The notes: generated by a model from the sequence alone, not told the origin. DNA of 64,000 nt from Minisyncoccota bacterium (GCA_038106525.1 JAYOEC010000001.1:24876-88875), one strand, 5' to 3'. Positions 1 to 9,603 are shown, numbered from the stretch's first letter. Made by a program: numbers and translations.

Positions 1-793
1 ACGACTGAACAAAACAATCAGCATGCTGATAAAATGGCCGAGGATCCTGTACCCACCCAAGAAAGTGAACACGGCCGCCAAGACGAAGATTGAATGAAAG
101 AGATTCGAGCCTCTTGCGGAGCGGGCCGTCGCCAAGAATGTAAAGATGTGCATCCGGAATCTCTGCCATCGTTCGTAAGACACGATCAAGGCGTTTTTCT
201 TTTGTGAGCCGTGAGACAACAAGCACCGCAGGCGCAGCTACGAGCTCCTTGGGGCGAGGCATCCCAGCAACAAACGGTGGCGGAGCAATGGGGAGTACGG
301 TGACGGGTCTTTTGGTATACTTCTGCACTTCGATTCGCAATTCCTCGCTGACCGTTCGAACACAATCAGCACCGCGAAGCGCAACGAGCGCGATCAGGAA
401 CTCGACCATCCGCTGCAACGATTCTGTCCGATATGCGGGGGAAAAAATGCTGGTGTGTATCTGCATTTCGAGCCGCGCCCGAGCTGCTCGCGCCGCAAGG
501 ATTCCAGCACAGCCAACAAAAGCAGGATCTTGTGCTGACACGACTTGAACCGCATGCTCCGTAGCAAGTCGGCGCGCAAGGCGGATGTATGCGATGTATG
601 CATGAAGGCGCCCGATACCGCCAGCCATATGCACCGTGCATGATGGGCCAAGAACAATCTCGCGCCCCTCGCCAGCGCCATAGACTACAATATGCAACCA
701 CCCCAACCTCGATGCATATCTCTGCATCCGCTCAGCCGCGCGCGAAGTCGGATCCAGGATGGTTCGATCGGTTGAGAGCATTAGCACCTTCAT
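1..793 (-). CDS. Glycosyltransferase family 4 (partial, runs off window start)
   Basis: Not in ORF track. Translated manually from ATG 793 (ATGA overlap with upstream GT): MKVLMLSTDR...VLVVSRLTKEKRLD...LYILGDGPLR...RVHFLGWVQDPRPFYQHADCFVQS, typical of GT-B/GT4. Confidence 0.85.
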   Translation of the reverse strand, partial: MKVLMLSTDRTILDPTSRAAERMQRYASRLGWLHIVVYGAGEGREIVLGPSCTVHMAGGIGRLHAYIAYIRLARRLATEHAVQVVSAQDPAFVGCAGILAARAARARLEMQIHTSIFSPAYRTESLQRMVEFLIALVALRGADCVRTVSEELRIEVQKYTKRPVTVLPIAPPPFVAGMPRPKELVAAPAVLVVSRLTKEKRLDRVLRTMAEIPDAHLYILGDGPLRKRLESLSFNLRLGGRVHFLGWVQDPRPFYQHADCFVQS

Positions 794-1893
794 AGTGTGT
801 GCAGCACTGCTGCGGTACGATCCAACATCACGGCGTCGGTGAAGGAATGCATCCGCTCGAGCCCCGTTGCTGCATACTGCCGCGCCAGTTCAGGTTTTAG
901 AAGAAGCGCGCCAATGCGCGACTCAAGTGCGCTCAAATCATTCGGCGCTACGAGTGAACCATTTTCACCGTCAATGATTATCTCCGGATTACCGCCAACT
1001 GTTGTGGTTATTACCGGAGTCCCAACCGCAAGTGCTTCAAGAATAAGATGCGAAAATCCTTCGTAAGAAGTATTGAGCACAAACAAGTCCGCAGCACGCA
1101 GGTATCGAAGCAGCGCATCACGGTCAACCGCACCAGCAAAAATAACGGAAGATGAAAGTCGTTCTTCAGCAACGATTCGCTCAAGGCGTTCAAGGTCGGG
1201 GCCACTCCCCACAATGAAAAGAGTAAGGTCGGGGTGTTTCTTTTTCAGACGGCGACACACCCTAATGAGCACCTCAAACCCCTTCCACGGAACCAGCCGC
1301 CCAACAGATATCACCAGCTTTCCTGAAAAATGGAGCACGCCGCGGATGGTCTTTGGGTCGCCAACATCGCCAACTGAAACGCCATTGTAAATGACGGTGA
1401 TACGATCCGCCCGGATCCCCCACGCAGCAATAATGTTACCAAGGTATCGCGAAGGAACAATAACCGCCGCCGCGCTCCGTGCAACAAGCCGTTCAAGTGT
1501 ACGAAATGCAGACGGAACGAATGGCAGCGACGCCTGCTGAAATGTCTCGATCGTGCCCTGATACCCAAACCGCTGCGTCGACTGCTCCCACGCGTAATCG
1601 CCGACAATCTTGAGCAAAAACTTTTTCCGCAAGACTGTTGCAGCGAGAACCGCAGGAATACCGACGGAAAACGGATCAAGTGCGAGGACTGCGTCCGCGC
1701 GTCGGAGCGCGCGGAGCAGCATAAAGAAAAATATGAGATGTCTCAACCCTCGCGGGTACCGTCGCACCAAAGCAAACGGCACCACGACCACTTCAATCCC
1801 CCGCTCAGGCAGCCCATCCTCAATGCTACGAGCATAGGTCGCCGGCCCCCCGATGTCGGGCGGATACAGACCGGTAGCAACAAGAAGGCGCAT
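790..1893 (-). CDS. Glycosyltransferase family 4
   Basis: MRLLVATGLYPPDIGG, VGRLVPWKG, EGFSHLILEA (EX7E). Start moved to ATG 1893. Confidence 0.9.
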   Translation of the reverse strand: MRLLVATGLYPPDIGGPATYARSIEDGLPERGIEVVVVPFALVRRYPRGLRHLIFFFMLLRALRRADAVLALDPFSVGIPAVLAATVLRKKFLLKIVGDYAWEQSTQRFGYQGTIETFQQASLPFVPSAFRTLERLVARSAAAVIVPSRYLGNIIAAWGIRADRITVIYNGVSVGDVGDPKTIRGVLHFSGKLVISVGRLVPWKGFEVLIRVCRRLKKKHPDLTLFIVGSGPDLERLERIVAEERLSSSVIFAGAVDRDALLRYLRAADLFVLNTSYEGFSHLILEALAVGTPVITTTVGGNPEIIIDGENGSLVAPNDLSALESRIGALLLKPELARQYAATGLERMHSFTDAVMLDRTAAVLHTL

Positions 1894-1900
1894 GAGCGAA

Positions 1901-3049
1901 CTATAGCAAAGCAAAGACTTTCTCGCGCATTTCACTTGCAATCGTTCCCCATTCATACTGACGAAGCGCAAGTGCACGGGCACGAGTTGTAACTTCATTG
2001 ATAATGTCAGGATTCGCCACAATGTCTAGAACCGCAGAAACAATATCCTCGGGGGCATCTGGCCGCACCACCCACCCGGTCCCGCGCAGACCATCCAAAC
2101 GGACATCGGTCAAAAAATCAGTAATCCCGCCCACCCCGGTGCCGATGACCGGTAGACCAGCGGCAAACGCCTCAATAAACGCGTTCCCCATTCCTTCGGA
2201 ACGCGAGGGACGGACAAAAATACTCGAACTTCGCAAAAGCTCTCCAAGAGCACGGTGCGGGATGTATCCAAGAAACTGAACACGATCAGCGACTTTAAGT
2301 AAAGACGCAAGCATCTTCAATTCTGACTCATCAGGACCAACCCCAGCAATGACGAGAGAAACGCCCTGAAGTGCAGGAAGCGCGCGAATAATCGTGTCGA
2401 TGCCATTTTTATGCACCAACCGCGATGCGGTGACTAGCCTGATCGCATCCGGCGGATGCGTCGGACCGACAAACAGTGATGCATCCACCCCATTCGGAAC
2501 AACGACTACCCGTTCAGCACCCATCGAACGGGCCCATGACGCCAGGTACTGCGAGATACACTGCACCACTGCGGCCTTTCGAAATGCAATGCGGAGCAAA
2601 AGATAGAAAGGAAGAATGTGTGGACGAAGAAATACATGACGGTACGAATCCCCTTCTTGAAGAGTAATCGAAAACGGTAGCACCACACCAAGCATCCTCA
2701 AAAGCAGTATCGGAAAGGTCATATATGCCATCATCGCCCACAGCGCATCGAAAGGTCGTTCGGTATGCGCGGCGAATGCAGCAAGTGCAGCTCGCGGTAC
2801 AAATAACACCTTATCAACATACCGATCACCAAGCCCTACCCGTCGCACGGTAACCGATCCGATTTGCTCAACTGGTGCATCAGCCACACGGCGGCGCATG
2901 GTAATCATTTCGAAGTGGTATGCGCTCTTCGGCAGTCGGTCAGTAATCTCCTTAAGTGCAACCTCGGCACCGCCAACATCGGGGAAGTATGAGAGAGAAA
3001 AAATAAGAACCCGCTTTGCTGCAGGAGCGACTTTTGATGCCGATGTCAT
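1901..3049 (-). CDS. Glycosyltransferase family 4
   Basis: YFPDVGGAE, SRLVHKNG, SEGMGNAFIEA (EX7E). Confidence 0.9.
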   Translation of the reverse strand: MTSASKVAPAAKRVLIFSLSYFPDVGGAEVALKEITDRLPKSAYHFEMITMRRRVADAPVEQIGSVTVRRVGLGDRYVDKVLFVPRAALAAFAAHTERPFDALWAMMAYMTFPILLLRMLGVVLPFSITLQEGDSYRHVFLRPHILPFYLLLRIAFRKAAVVQCISQYLASWARSMGAERVVVVPNGVDASLFVGPTHPPDAIRLVTASRLVHKNGIDTIIRALPALQGVSLVIAGVGPDESELKMLASLLKVADRVQFLGYIPHRALGELLRSSSIFVRPSRSEGMGNAFIEAFAAGLPVIGTGVGGITDFLTDVRLDGLRGTGWVVRPDAPEDIVSAVLDIVANPDIINEVTTRARALALRQYEWGTIASEMREKVFALL

Positions 3050-3648
3050 TGTGGTATGTCCTCTACTATCTCATACTCGGACCCGGTACGATTCGGTACA
3101 CTCCTCAGCACCAGAAAGACGCAAGCCGAAAGGGCCGCAAGCAGTCCGGCCCAGAGAAACGAGAGCGACGGTCCCTGCAAAGGTCCCTGCCCTTCTGTCG
3201 CAACCGCCGCAAGAAGAAGTGCCTTCTCGTTACCTCCACTCTTCGGCTTCATGCCCTGATATCGAATCTGAGCAACAGTTGCCCCAGAGCGGTCTCTCAA
3301 CTCTAAAAGCTCTCCGGAATTTGAAAGAGAAAATGTGCTATCGAAAACTACTTCCGTCGAGTTTGGATGTTCGCTCAAAAAGGTCGCTGCGTCGGCAGCA
3401 ATAATCGCACTCGCGCCTGGAGCAAGTTCGGAACTGCCCAATGCAGTAATGCGATGGACACTACCTCCTTCAAAAAGCCTGAGGTCGGTAACAATAACAG
3501 GAACCGGAGATGTATTGAGGATTCGGACCCACTCACGGTTGTGGTCGCTGCCGTCCGGGTTGTACTCAATATGCGCAAACGACATCGCACTTGCTGTAAG
3601 AGGCATGAGAAGTGCGAATGTACTGTTACGCAGGAATCGGGGCAACAT
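3046..3648 (-). CDS. Lamin-tail-domain (LTD) surface protein with signal peptide and C-terminal TM helix
   Basis: EYNPDGSD..EWVRILN, LSNSGELLELRD motifs and hydrophobic C-terminal helix. Start moved to ATG 3648. Confidence 0.7.
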   Translation of the reverse strand: MLPRFLRNSTFALLMPLTASAMSFAHIEYNPDGSDHNREWVRILNTSPVPVIVTDLRLFEGGSVHRITALGSSELAPGASAIIAADAATFLSEHPNSTEVVFDSTFSLSNSGELLELRDRSGATVAQIRYQGMKPKSGGNEKALLLAAVATEGQGPLQGPSLSFLWAGLLAALSACVFLVLRSVPNRTGSEYEIVEDIPQ

Positions 3649-5062
3649 ACATAAGGTCGCGCAGCTCACGCTCAGGAACTTCTTTTGGACTTTGTGATGG
3701 TGCGCCAGAAGCTTGGGGTGATGCAGCAGGAGGAGCGGTTGGAGGCCGCGGCTGTTTTTCCTCGCGAGGAACCGACGCCTGAGGCGGCGGTGCTTGTCCA
3801 GCCTTCTTTGCGAACATAGAACGAAATGCATCTGAAAATCCGGGCCCTCCAGATGCCGCCGGCGGCGCAGGCCGAGATCGCTCGGAACGGAATGATTCGT
3901 CAACCTCCGTGCGCGGTGTTGCATACTCGCGCCTCGATGTGAGGGCAATATCCTGCGGCGAGATCACCGTCCGCTCCGGAAGCTGCAGTGCCGATGCAAT
4001 AAATGGTTTTGAGCGGATGCCGTCGATCATCAGAGACACGGCGCACTCTCCGGGCTCAAACTGCTCGAGCTCAGCTTCCGTAAGATACGGATACACCACA
4101 CTGCCAGCCAACTTGAGATCAGCAGGGTGCGGCTGGAACGAAATGATTGATCCTGAGCGCGCAATCGCCTGCTCGCGGATTGGGAGATCGCCTTCTCGAT
4201 ACGCAGTGTCGGCAATCTGCACAGCAATGCTGCGGTCACTCAGCATCCGTTCGACATCAACCACACTAAGATACCTCAGACAATCGTGCAGGTACAATGC
4301 GTGGGGGCCACTCGCGGCTGCTGCAACTCGCGCTGCATATACTCCGAGCCTGACGAGCGGCGTAATTCGAGTAGGAAAGATCCTAATCCTCGAAACATCA
4401 AGAATGATACTGCGCCCAGCGCGAAGCGAGTCAAACGAAAATTTTCCGGATCGCTGCCCGATAAGATTTCGGACCATGGTGTCCTTGGCAAGGTATCGTC
4501 CAGTATCGGCAATAATGTTTGCGGCATCAGCATCCTCAGTTACCAGAGCAGAAAAATCGCGGTCGCTGTCCTTAAGATCGGACCGGAATCCTGCATCAGT
4601 CACAACCGAGTGCAGCATGAGCGGGGTTGTGTGGGGATTTTCCATCGTATAGGTGGCAGCAGCTGAGACGAGCGGACCCTCAGGAACACCATAGAGGGAC
4701 GCGAGAAGTTCGCGATATAATTCGCGACCACGCGCAGTAGTGCGAAAATCTCCTGCAACATCCCACGAAAACGGATACTCGGCATCCGCAGCATCAAGGT
4801 ATATGACTCGTTCTTCCGCTCCGCTTGGGAGTCGCTCAAGGATAAGTTGTGTAAGCACTCCGGTAGCATCAACAATAACCGTACCGATGCCCCGCTCAAT
4901 ATCCTGAAGCGCCATGCGCGCAAGCATGTGCGCGCGGCCGGATCCGACTTTCCCAGATACCAAGAGATGTTGCAACCGATCAGCATCCCGTATCCCGAAC
5001 GGAGTTACTCGTCCTTTAAATGAGGTTGCTGCAAGGTAGGTGATGCGTGAACCCCAATCCAT
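3626..5062 (-). CDS. TraG/TraD/VirD4 (HerA-FtsK superfamily) coupling-protein-like protein with degenerate ATPase motifs
   Basis: FGIRDADRLQHLLVSGKVGSGRA, LMIDGIRSKPF, Pro-rich tail. Confidence 0.7.
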   Translation of the reverse strand: MDWGSRITYLAATSFKGRVTPFGIRDADRLQHLLVSGKVGSGRAHMLARMALQDIERGIGTVIVDATGVLTQLILERLPSGAEERVIYLDAADAEYPFSWDVAGDFRTTARGRELYRELLASLYGVPEGPLVSAAATYTMENPHTTPLMLHSVVTDAGFRSDLKDSDRDFSALVTEDADAANIIADTGRYLAKDTMVRNLIGQRSGKFSFDSLRAGRSIILDVSRIRIFPTRITPLVRLGVYAARVAAAASGPHALYLHDCLRYLSVVDVERMLSDRSIAVQIADTAYREGDLPIREQAIARSGSIISFQPHPADLKLAGSVVYPYLTEAELEQFEPGECAVSLMIDGIRSKPFIASALQLPERTVISPQDIALTSRREYATPRTEVDESFRSERSRPAPPAASGGPGFSDAFRSMFAKKAGQAPPPQASVPREEKQPRPPTAPPAASPQASGAPSQSPKEVPERELRDLMYVAPIPA

Positions 5063-5099
5063 AGCGACAGCTTACAGGTTCTCGGCAGTCGATTCCAGT

Positions 5100-6308
5100 T
5101 CATTCCGCCGCACCTGAGGACGACAGTACCTCGCGCAAGTTTGCATACTTGTTCGCAGGATCCCAAAAAATCCACGAAGTCAATCCTGCCATTTCTGCCC
5201 CCCTGATCTGCGCTTGGATATCTTCTGGCCGATAATCTTTTCCGTAGTCAAAGTCCTGAAGCCACGGTCGCAGTATCCGCGCCGGATAGACGGACTTCGT
5301 ATAGCGTTGCGGCGAAGTAGACGCAACCGGAATCCCCGCAAGGGTTTGCACTAAAGTCGATGTCGCAAGCGCACGATCTACCGCCGCACTCATCGAAATG
5401 CGAATAATCTCAAGCGGATGCTGGTTCGGATTTCCGAGATCTCTGAAATTTTTTGGATAGTGCGACGGATAGACCATGGGCATGATGTAATCAAAGTACG
5501 GCATTGCTCGTTCAAGCTGCTGCCCGATATTAAGGTCATCGGTGTTTGTAGTCGTCATGCCGAATAGGTCAGCGGACATTACTGCCCCTGTCGGCTTGAC
5601 CGCCGCATGAAGGTACGCGAAAAATTGTTCAACCGCGTCAGGCTTGTTTGGGTTCTGATATCGAGCATCCGCCATCGGGCCATCGGATGGGTAGCGGATG
5701 TAATCGTAATTAAGTTCATCAAAGCCGATCTCTGTATGCGCGACACGCGAGAGTTCGGTTACATAGTCCCAGTATGGACGATACGACACATCAATAAACG
5801 AAAGTCCTTTAAAATCCTTCCACGGACCGCCTTTGGATGCGCTCTGAACTGCGGACTCCGGATGTTTTGAAGTGTAGTATGGGTCCTGAAACACAGTAAT
5901 CCGCCCAATCACATACACCCCCTTCTCATGCAATGCTGCAACAAATGAACGCATATCTACGGCGCCGCACGCATCCGAAACCGAATCAGCAAGAGTTGGA
6001 TTGTCGGTAGGGAAAGCAATCTTCCCCGTGTAGTCCTTTATGTCAATAACCACCGCATTCAAGGATGTCGACTCGATGAGGCGTACCAGGTCGTCCCGGA
6101 AACTCGGCGTACCAACGACGCACTGCGACATGTAGATTCCTCGCAACGGATCAGGAGTTTGTATGTATGCGTGCTGAGGAGCGGCTGGTTCAGTGAGGCG
6201 AGGTTCAAAAGCCTCTGCGGCACTATCCCACTTTCCCGGCACCAGATATCCAAGCGCACAGATGCCCAAAAAAAGCGCGAGGAGGAGCGCGCCGTATAGA
6301 TTACGCAT
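5100..6308 (-). CDS. Membrane-anchored putative glycoside hydrolase (DUF4015-like)
   Basis: LNAVVIDIKD, GRITVFQDP, GFDELNYDYIRYP, PMVYPSHY, RPWLQDF, plus N-terminal TM helix. Confidence 0.8.
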   Translation of the reverse strand: MRNLYGALLLALFLGICALGYLVPGKWDSAAEAFEPRLTEPAAPQHAYIQTPDPLRGIYMSQCVVGTPSFRDDLVRLIESTSLNAVVIDIKDYTGKIAFPTDNPTLADSVSDACGAVDMRSFVAALHEKGVYVIGRITVFQDPYYTSKHPESAVQSASKGGPWKDFKGLSFIDVSYRPYWDYVTELSRVAHTEIGFDELNYDYIRYPSDGPMADARYQNPNKPDAVEQFFAYLHAAVKPTGAVMSADLFGMTTTNTDDLNIGQQLERAMPYFDYIMPMVYPSHYPKNFRDLGNPNQHPLEIIRISMSAAVDRALATSTLVQTLAGIPVASTSPQRYTKSVYPARILRPWLQDFDYGKDYRPEDIQAQIRGAEMAGLTSWIFWDPANKYANLREVLSSSGAAE

Positions 6309-6543
6309 CTGAACCATGCGGCACTTGGGGCTGTGGAGCATTTTCAGCATAGGCATCGGTGACGCGGCCGCCACCGAGCGCACGAAGCATCCACAGTCGC
6401 TCAACACGCATCAGCAATCCGAGAACGATGAGCGCAGCGCCAGCGCCGACCGCAATCCATGTTTTTGCCACGAGCGGCAGTCCGGTAAACGGCAAAAATG
6501 CAACGATGACACCGACACATACCACGAGCATCGCTTTTGACAT
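6301..6543 (-). CDS. Small 2-TM membrane protein
   Basis: Two hydrophobic helices (LPFTGLP loop); fills the gap between rsmI and the DUF4015 gene. Confidence 0.65.
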   Translation of the reverse strand: MSKAMLVVCVGVIVAFLPFTGLPLVAKTWIAVGAGAALIVLGLLMRVERLWMLRALGGGRVTDAYAENAPQPQVPHGSDA

Positions 6544-6552
6544 GCACACATT

Positions 6553-7233
6553 CTAGCAAGCGCTCAGAACCACGACAAACTCGCCCCGAACGGGGATATC
6601 GTGTCCAATTCGTTCAGAAAGCTCTCTCACGGAACCAACCGCAACCTGCTCGTATAGCTTCGTCAGCTCCCTTGCAATAACTGCGTGCCGATCGGGAGCC
6701 TTGTCTACAAGTTCCAAAAAAAGTTTCTGAATCCGGTGCGGAGATTCGTAGCACACCAGTGCATAGCCACTCGCGAGTGCCTGATCAAGCTTCTTTTGCC
6801 TCCCCTTCTTATGCGGCAAAAACCCGACAAAGAGAAATTCTGAAAATGGTAGACCTGAAACCGAAAGCGCAGCGGTCAGTGCAGACGGTCCCGGGATGGG
6901 AACAATTGCGCCCTCGCCGCACCGCTCGCGCACCAGCTGCACCAACAGTCCACCAGGATCAGAAATACCCGGCGTCCCCGCGTCAGTAACATATGCAACT
7001 GACTTCCCTGACGCAACCAGCATTGCAACTCGCTCAAATGCCGCGCGCGGCGACCGCGCGCGAAGTGACAGTAGCGGCTTCTTAATCGCATACCGCGCGA
7101 GGAGTTTTGCGGTTACTCGAGTATCCTCTGCCACTACAGAGTCGACTTCCTTCAAAACTTCAAGCGCGCGGTTAGTAATATCCCCGAGGTTGCCAATCGG
7201 GGTAGCGAGGACGAACAACACATTGCCCTTCAT
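6553..7233 (-). CDS. rsmI: 16S rRNA (cytidine1402-2'-O)-methyltransferase
   Basis: LATPIGNLGDIT, AEDTR, DAGTPGISDPG, YESPHR, RELTK. Confidence 0.95.
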   Translation of the reverse strand: MKGNVLFVLATPIGNLGDITNRALEVLKEVDSVVAEDTRVTAKLLARYAIKKPLLSLRARSPRAAFERVAMLVASGKSVAYVTDAGTPGISDPGGLLVQLVRERCGEGAIVPIPGPSALTAALSVSGLPFSEFLFVGFLPHKKGRQKKLDQALASGYALVCYESPHRIQKLFLELVDKAPDRHAVIARELTKLYEQVAVGSVRELSERIGHDIPVRGEFVVVLSAC

Positions 7234-7285
7234 ACCAGTACTTAACCACACCCTGAAGGAAGTACAAATCAGGTACTATGGACTG

Positions 7286-8698
7286 ATGCAAAGAGTCCAC
7301 TGCATCGGAATTGCAGGCATGGGTATGAGCGCTATTGCTGTACTGCTCAAAGAGGCCGGATACCATGTTACCGGATCGGACGAGGGTCTGTACCCGCCTG
7401 CGAGCGAGTACCTGCGCGAATCCGGGATTACTGTATTTGAAGGATACACGCCGCAGCATATCCCCGATGATACTGACTGGTTCATCATCGGCAGAAATGC
7501 GAAACTTGATCCAAGTACCAATGCCGAGGTGCGCGCCGCACTCGAGAGCGGGAAGCCGGTGCGGACCTTCCCCGAAGTGCTCGGTGAGCTTGGAAAAAAA
7601 TCACGCGTGCTCGTGGTCGCAGGGAGCTACGGAAAATCAACCAGTACCACACTCATCGCATGGTGCCTAGCCAGCGCAGGAAAAGATCCTTCGTATTTCA
7701 TAGGAGCTTTCCCGTTCGACCTCCCAAGAACCGCACGGCTCGGATCTGGAAATTTTTTCGTCATGGAGGGCGACGAGTACCCAACCTCCCATCAGGACCC
7801 GCGGTCAAAATTTTTGCACCTCGGCGCGCACGATGTACTGCTCACTGGAGCAGTACACGACCATGTAAATGTCTTTCCGACCGCGGACGACTACGAACGC
7901 GCATTTGTACCACTCATTGCAGGTCTGCCTGAGCAGGGGGTTATCGTCGCTGCGCGCGGAGAGGAAACGGAGCGGATACTTGCGCATGCCGGAAGGTCAG
8001 CAGTTATGTACGGGATTGGCGCATCTTCCGCTGGCTATGCTGCCACAGATATCCGCTTTGCTGAGCGAAGCTCCTTTGTTCTCAGAAAAGATGGCGCTGC
8101 TCTCGGAACACTTGAGACGGTCCTCCTCGGATCGCATAATATTGAAAACATCGTCGGAGCGGCGGCGATGCTGCTTGAGACTGGCGCACTGAGTTTTGAC
8201 GAAATAAGCACCGCAGTCGCCACATGCACCGGCGTCCGCCGCCGCCTTGATCTTTTGACTCCTGATTCGTCCGTACGCACCTATGAGGGGTTCGGTTCAT
8301 CGTATGAAAAAGCACGCGCCGCGATCAAAGCAATGAGGCTGCACTTCCCTGAGCGACGATTGGTAATTATATTTGAACCGCACACCTTCAGTTGGAGGAA
8401 TCGTAACTCCATACACTGGTACGATACGGTCTTTGCAGAAGCGAGCCGCGTGCTGGTATACGAACCCGCGAGACAAGGAAGCGAGACGCACGCGCAGCTG
8501 AATCAGGCAGAGATTGTTAATCGACTTCATCTTGCCGGAGTTCGTGCAGAGGCGTTGGATGAAGCTGCAGGAAATGCGCATATCCTTCAAAGCCTCGAAC
8601 CAGGAGATGTCGCGCTTATCTTAAGCTCCGGTAACTTAGGAGGGATTCTTGACACACTCCCAGCTGCCATCACTGCAGCATTTCCAAAATCCGCATGA
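7286..8698 (+). CDS. Mur ligase, Mpl/MurC-like
   Basis: IGIAGMGM, GSDEGLYPP (Mpl-like), AGSYGKSTST, EGDEY, GSHNIEN, GVRRR. Start ATG 7286. Confidence 0.85.
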   Translation: MQRVHCIGIAGMGMSAIAVLLKEAGYHVTGSDEGLYPPASEYLRESGITVFEGYTPQHIPDDTDWFIIGRNAKLDPSTNAEVRAALESGKPVRTFPEVLGELGKKSRVLVVAGSYGKSTSTTLIAWCLASAGKDPSYFIGAFPFDLPRTARLGSGNFFVMEGDEYPTSHQDPRSKFLHLGAHDVLLTGAVHDHVNVFPTADDYERAFVPLIAGLPEQGVIVAARGEETERILAHAGRSAVMYGIGASSAGYAATDIRFAERSSFVLRKDGAALGTLETVLLGSHNIENIVGAAAMLLETGALSFDEISTAVATCTGVRRRLDLLTPDSSVRTYEGFGSSYEKARAAIKAMRLHFPERRLVIIFEPHTFSWRNRNSIHWYDTVFAEASRVLVYEPARQGSETHAQLNQAEIVNRLHLAGVRAEALDEAAGNAHILQSLEPGDVALILSSGNLGGILDTLPAAITAAFPKSA

Positions 8699-9366
8699 AA
8701 GTAATCCGCGAGGAATTCGGAGAGGACTATGGTAACTACCGCTTTGGATACTGCGTGTGGTGCCACCTGGAGCAGGATGATGAGCTTCGAGATATCTATG
8801 CAGGCGGATTTCTCCCATACTCAAAAAACCCAGAAGAGAAGAACACATTTTATATGGCACGGAGTGCTCGCGTCACGCTTAGCCAATTTGAGCCGTCGAG
8901 CGAAAATAGGAGGATTGCAAAAAGGTTCGATGGACAGGCCAGGCGCGAACTGCTTACTCCGGCAGAAGCAAAGACGGACCCGGAGTGCATCCCGATGGTG
9001 CTTGAGTACTTTTCAAAAAAACACGGCGCTATTGTCATGCCGGAAAATCGGCTTATCGGAATACTTGACACACCGCTCCCACTCAGAGTCGTACGGTATG
9101 TGGGCGACGCAGTGCTTGGGTATACATTTGAAATCGTAGCGGAGGGGGTGATGCACTTTTGGTATTCAGCGTACGATATGCGGTACGCGCAAAAATCTCT
9201 AGGCGCATGGCTTATGCTTGACTCAATTCGAAATGCAAAATCAGAGGGCAGAGCGCACGCGTATCTTGGCACCGTCTACGGCGAAAAGGGAAAATACAAA
9301 ATGAACTTTCAGCCGCTCGAATACTGGAACGGCACTGAATGGATTGGTGGGCGCGAGAGGACTTGA
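8695..9366 (+). CDS. ATE/Bpt-like aminoacyl-tRNA--protein transferase (arginyl/leucyl transferase fold)
   Basis: R..L..F.PS...RR N-terminal motif, YD..Y...SLG, YLG....K..YK..FQPLE C-terminal motif of the ATE_C family. Confidence 0.7.
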   Translation: MKVIREEFGEDYGNYRFGYCVWCHLEQDDELRDIYAGGFLPYSKNPEEKNTFYMARSARVTLSQFEPSSENRRIAKRFDGQARRELLTPAEAKTDPECIPMVLEYFSKKHGAIVMPENRLIGILDTPLPLRVVRYVGDAVLGYTFEIVAEGVMHFWYSAYDMRYAQKSLGAWLMLDSIRNAKSEGRAHAYLGTVYGEKGKYKMNFQPLEYWNGTEWIGGRERT

Positions 9367-9430
9367 ACCTCCACCCCCTTGCGGGGACTACGACCTGAAC
9401 GTAGCGTGTCTGCCATTTCACCACGCGCCC
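9345..9430 (-). tRNA. tRNA-Leu(CAG), CCA encoded
   Basis: GGGCGCG acceptor stem, anticodon arm CTACG-TTCAGGT-CGTAG, long variable arm, GGTTCAAGTCC, 3' ACCA. Confidence 0.95.
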
Positions 9431-9470
9431 ATGTGGCTTAGTGCCTAGGATACTATAACAAAAAACCGAG

Positions 9471-9543
9471 TGCGCACTCTAGGATTCGAACCTAGGACCG
9501 CTCGAGTATCAGTCGAGTGCTCTACCAACTGAGCTAAGTGCGC
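9471..9543 (-). tRNA. tRNA-Ile(GAT), CCA not encoded
   Basis: GCGCACT/AGTGCGC acceptor, TAGCTCAGTTGGTAGAGC, CTCGA-CTGATAC-TCGAG, GGTTCGAATCC. Confidence 0.95.
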
Positions 9544-9561
9544 ATGCTCATCCTATATACC

Positions 9562-9603
9562 AAAAAAAGCATTGCCCGTCGAGCGCCAAAACGCGACGAG
9601 CAT
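9562..9603 (-). terminator. Probable intrinsic terminator after 16S trailer
   Basis: TGCTCGTCG...CGACGGGCA hairpin followed by a T-run on the minus strand. Confidence 0.55.

Noticed and set aside
6896-7285. 130-aa N-terminal extension of the Mur ligase ORF
   Set aside because: Antisense to rsmI; homology begins at ATG 7286.
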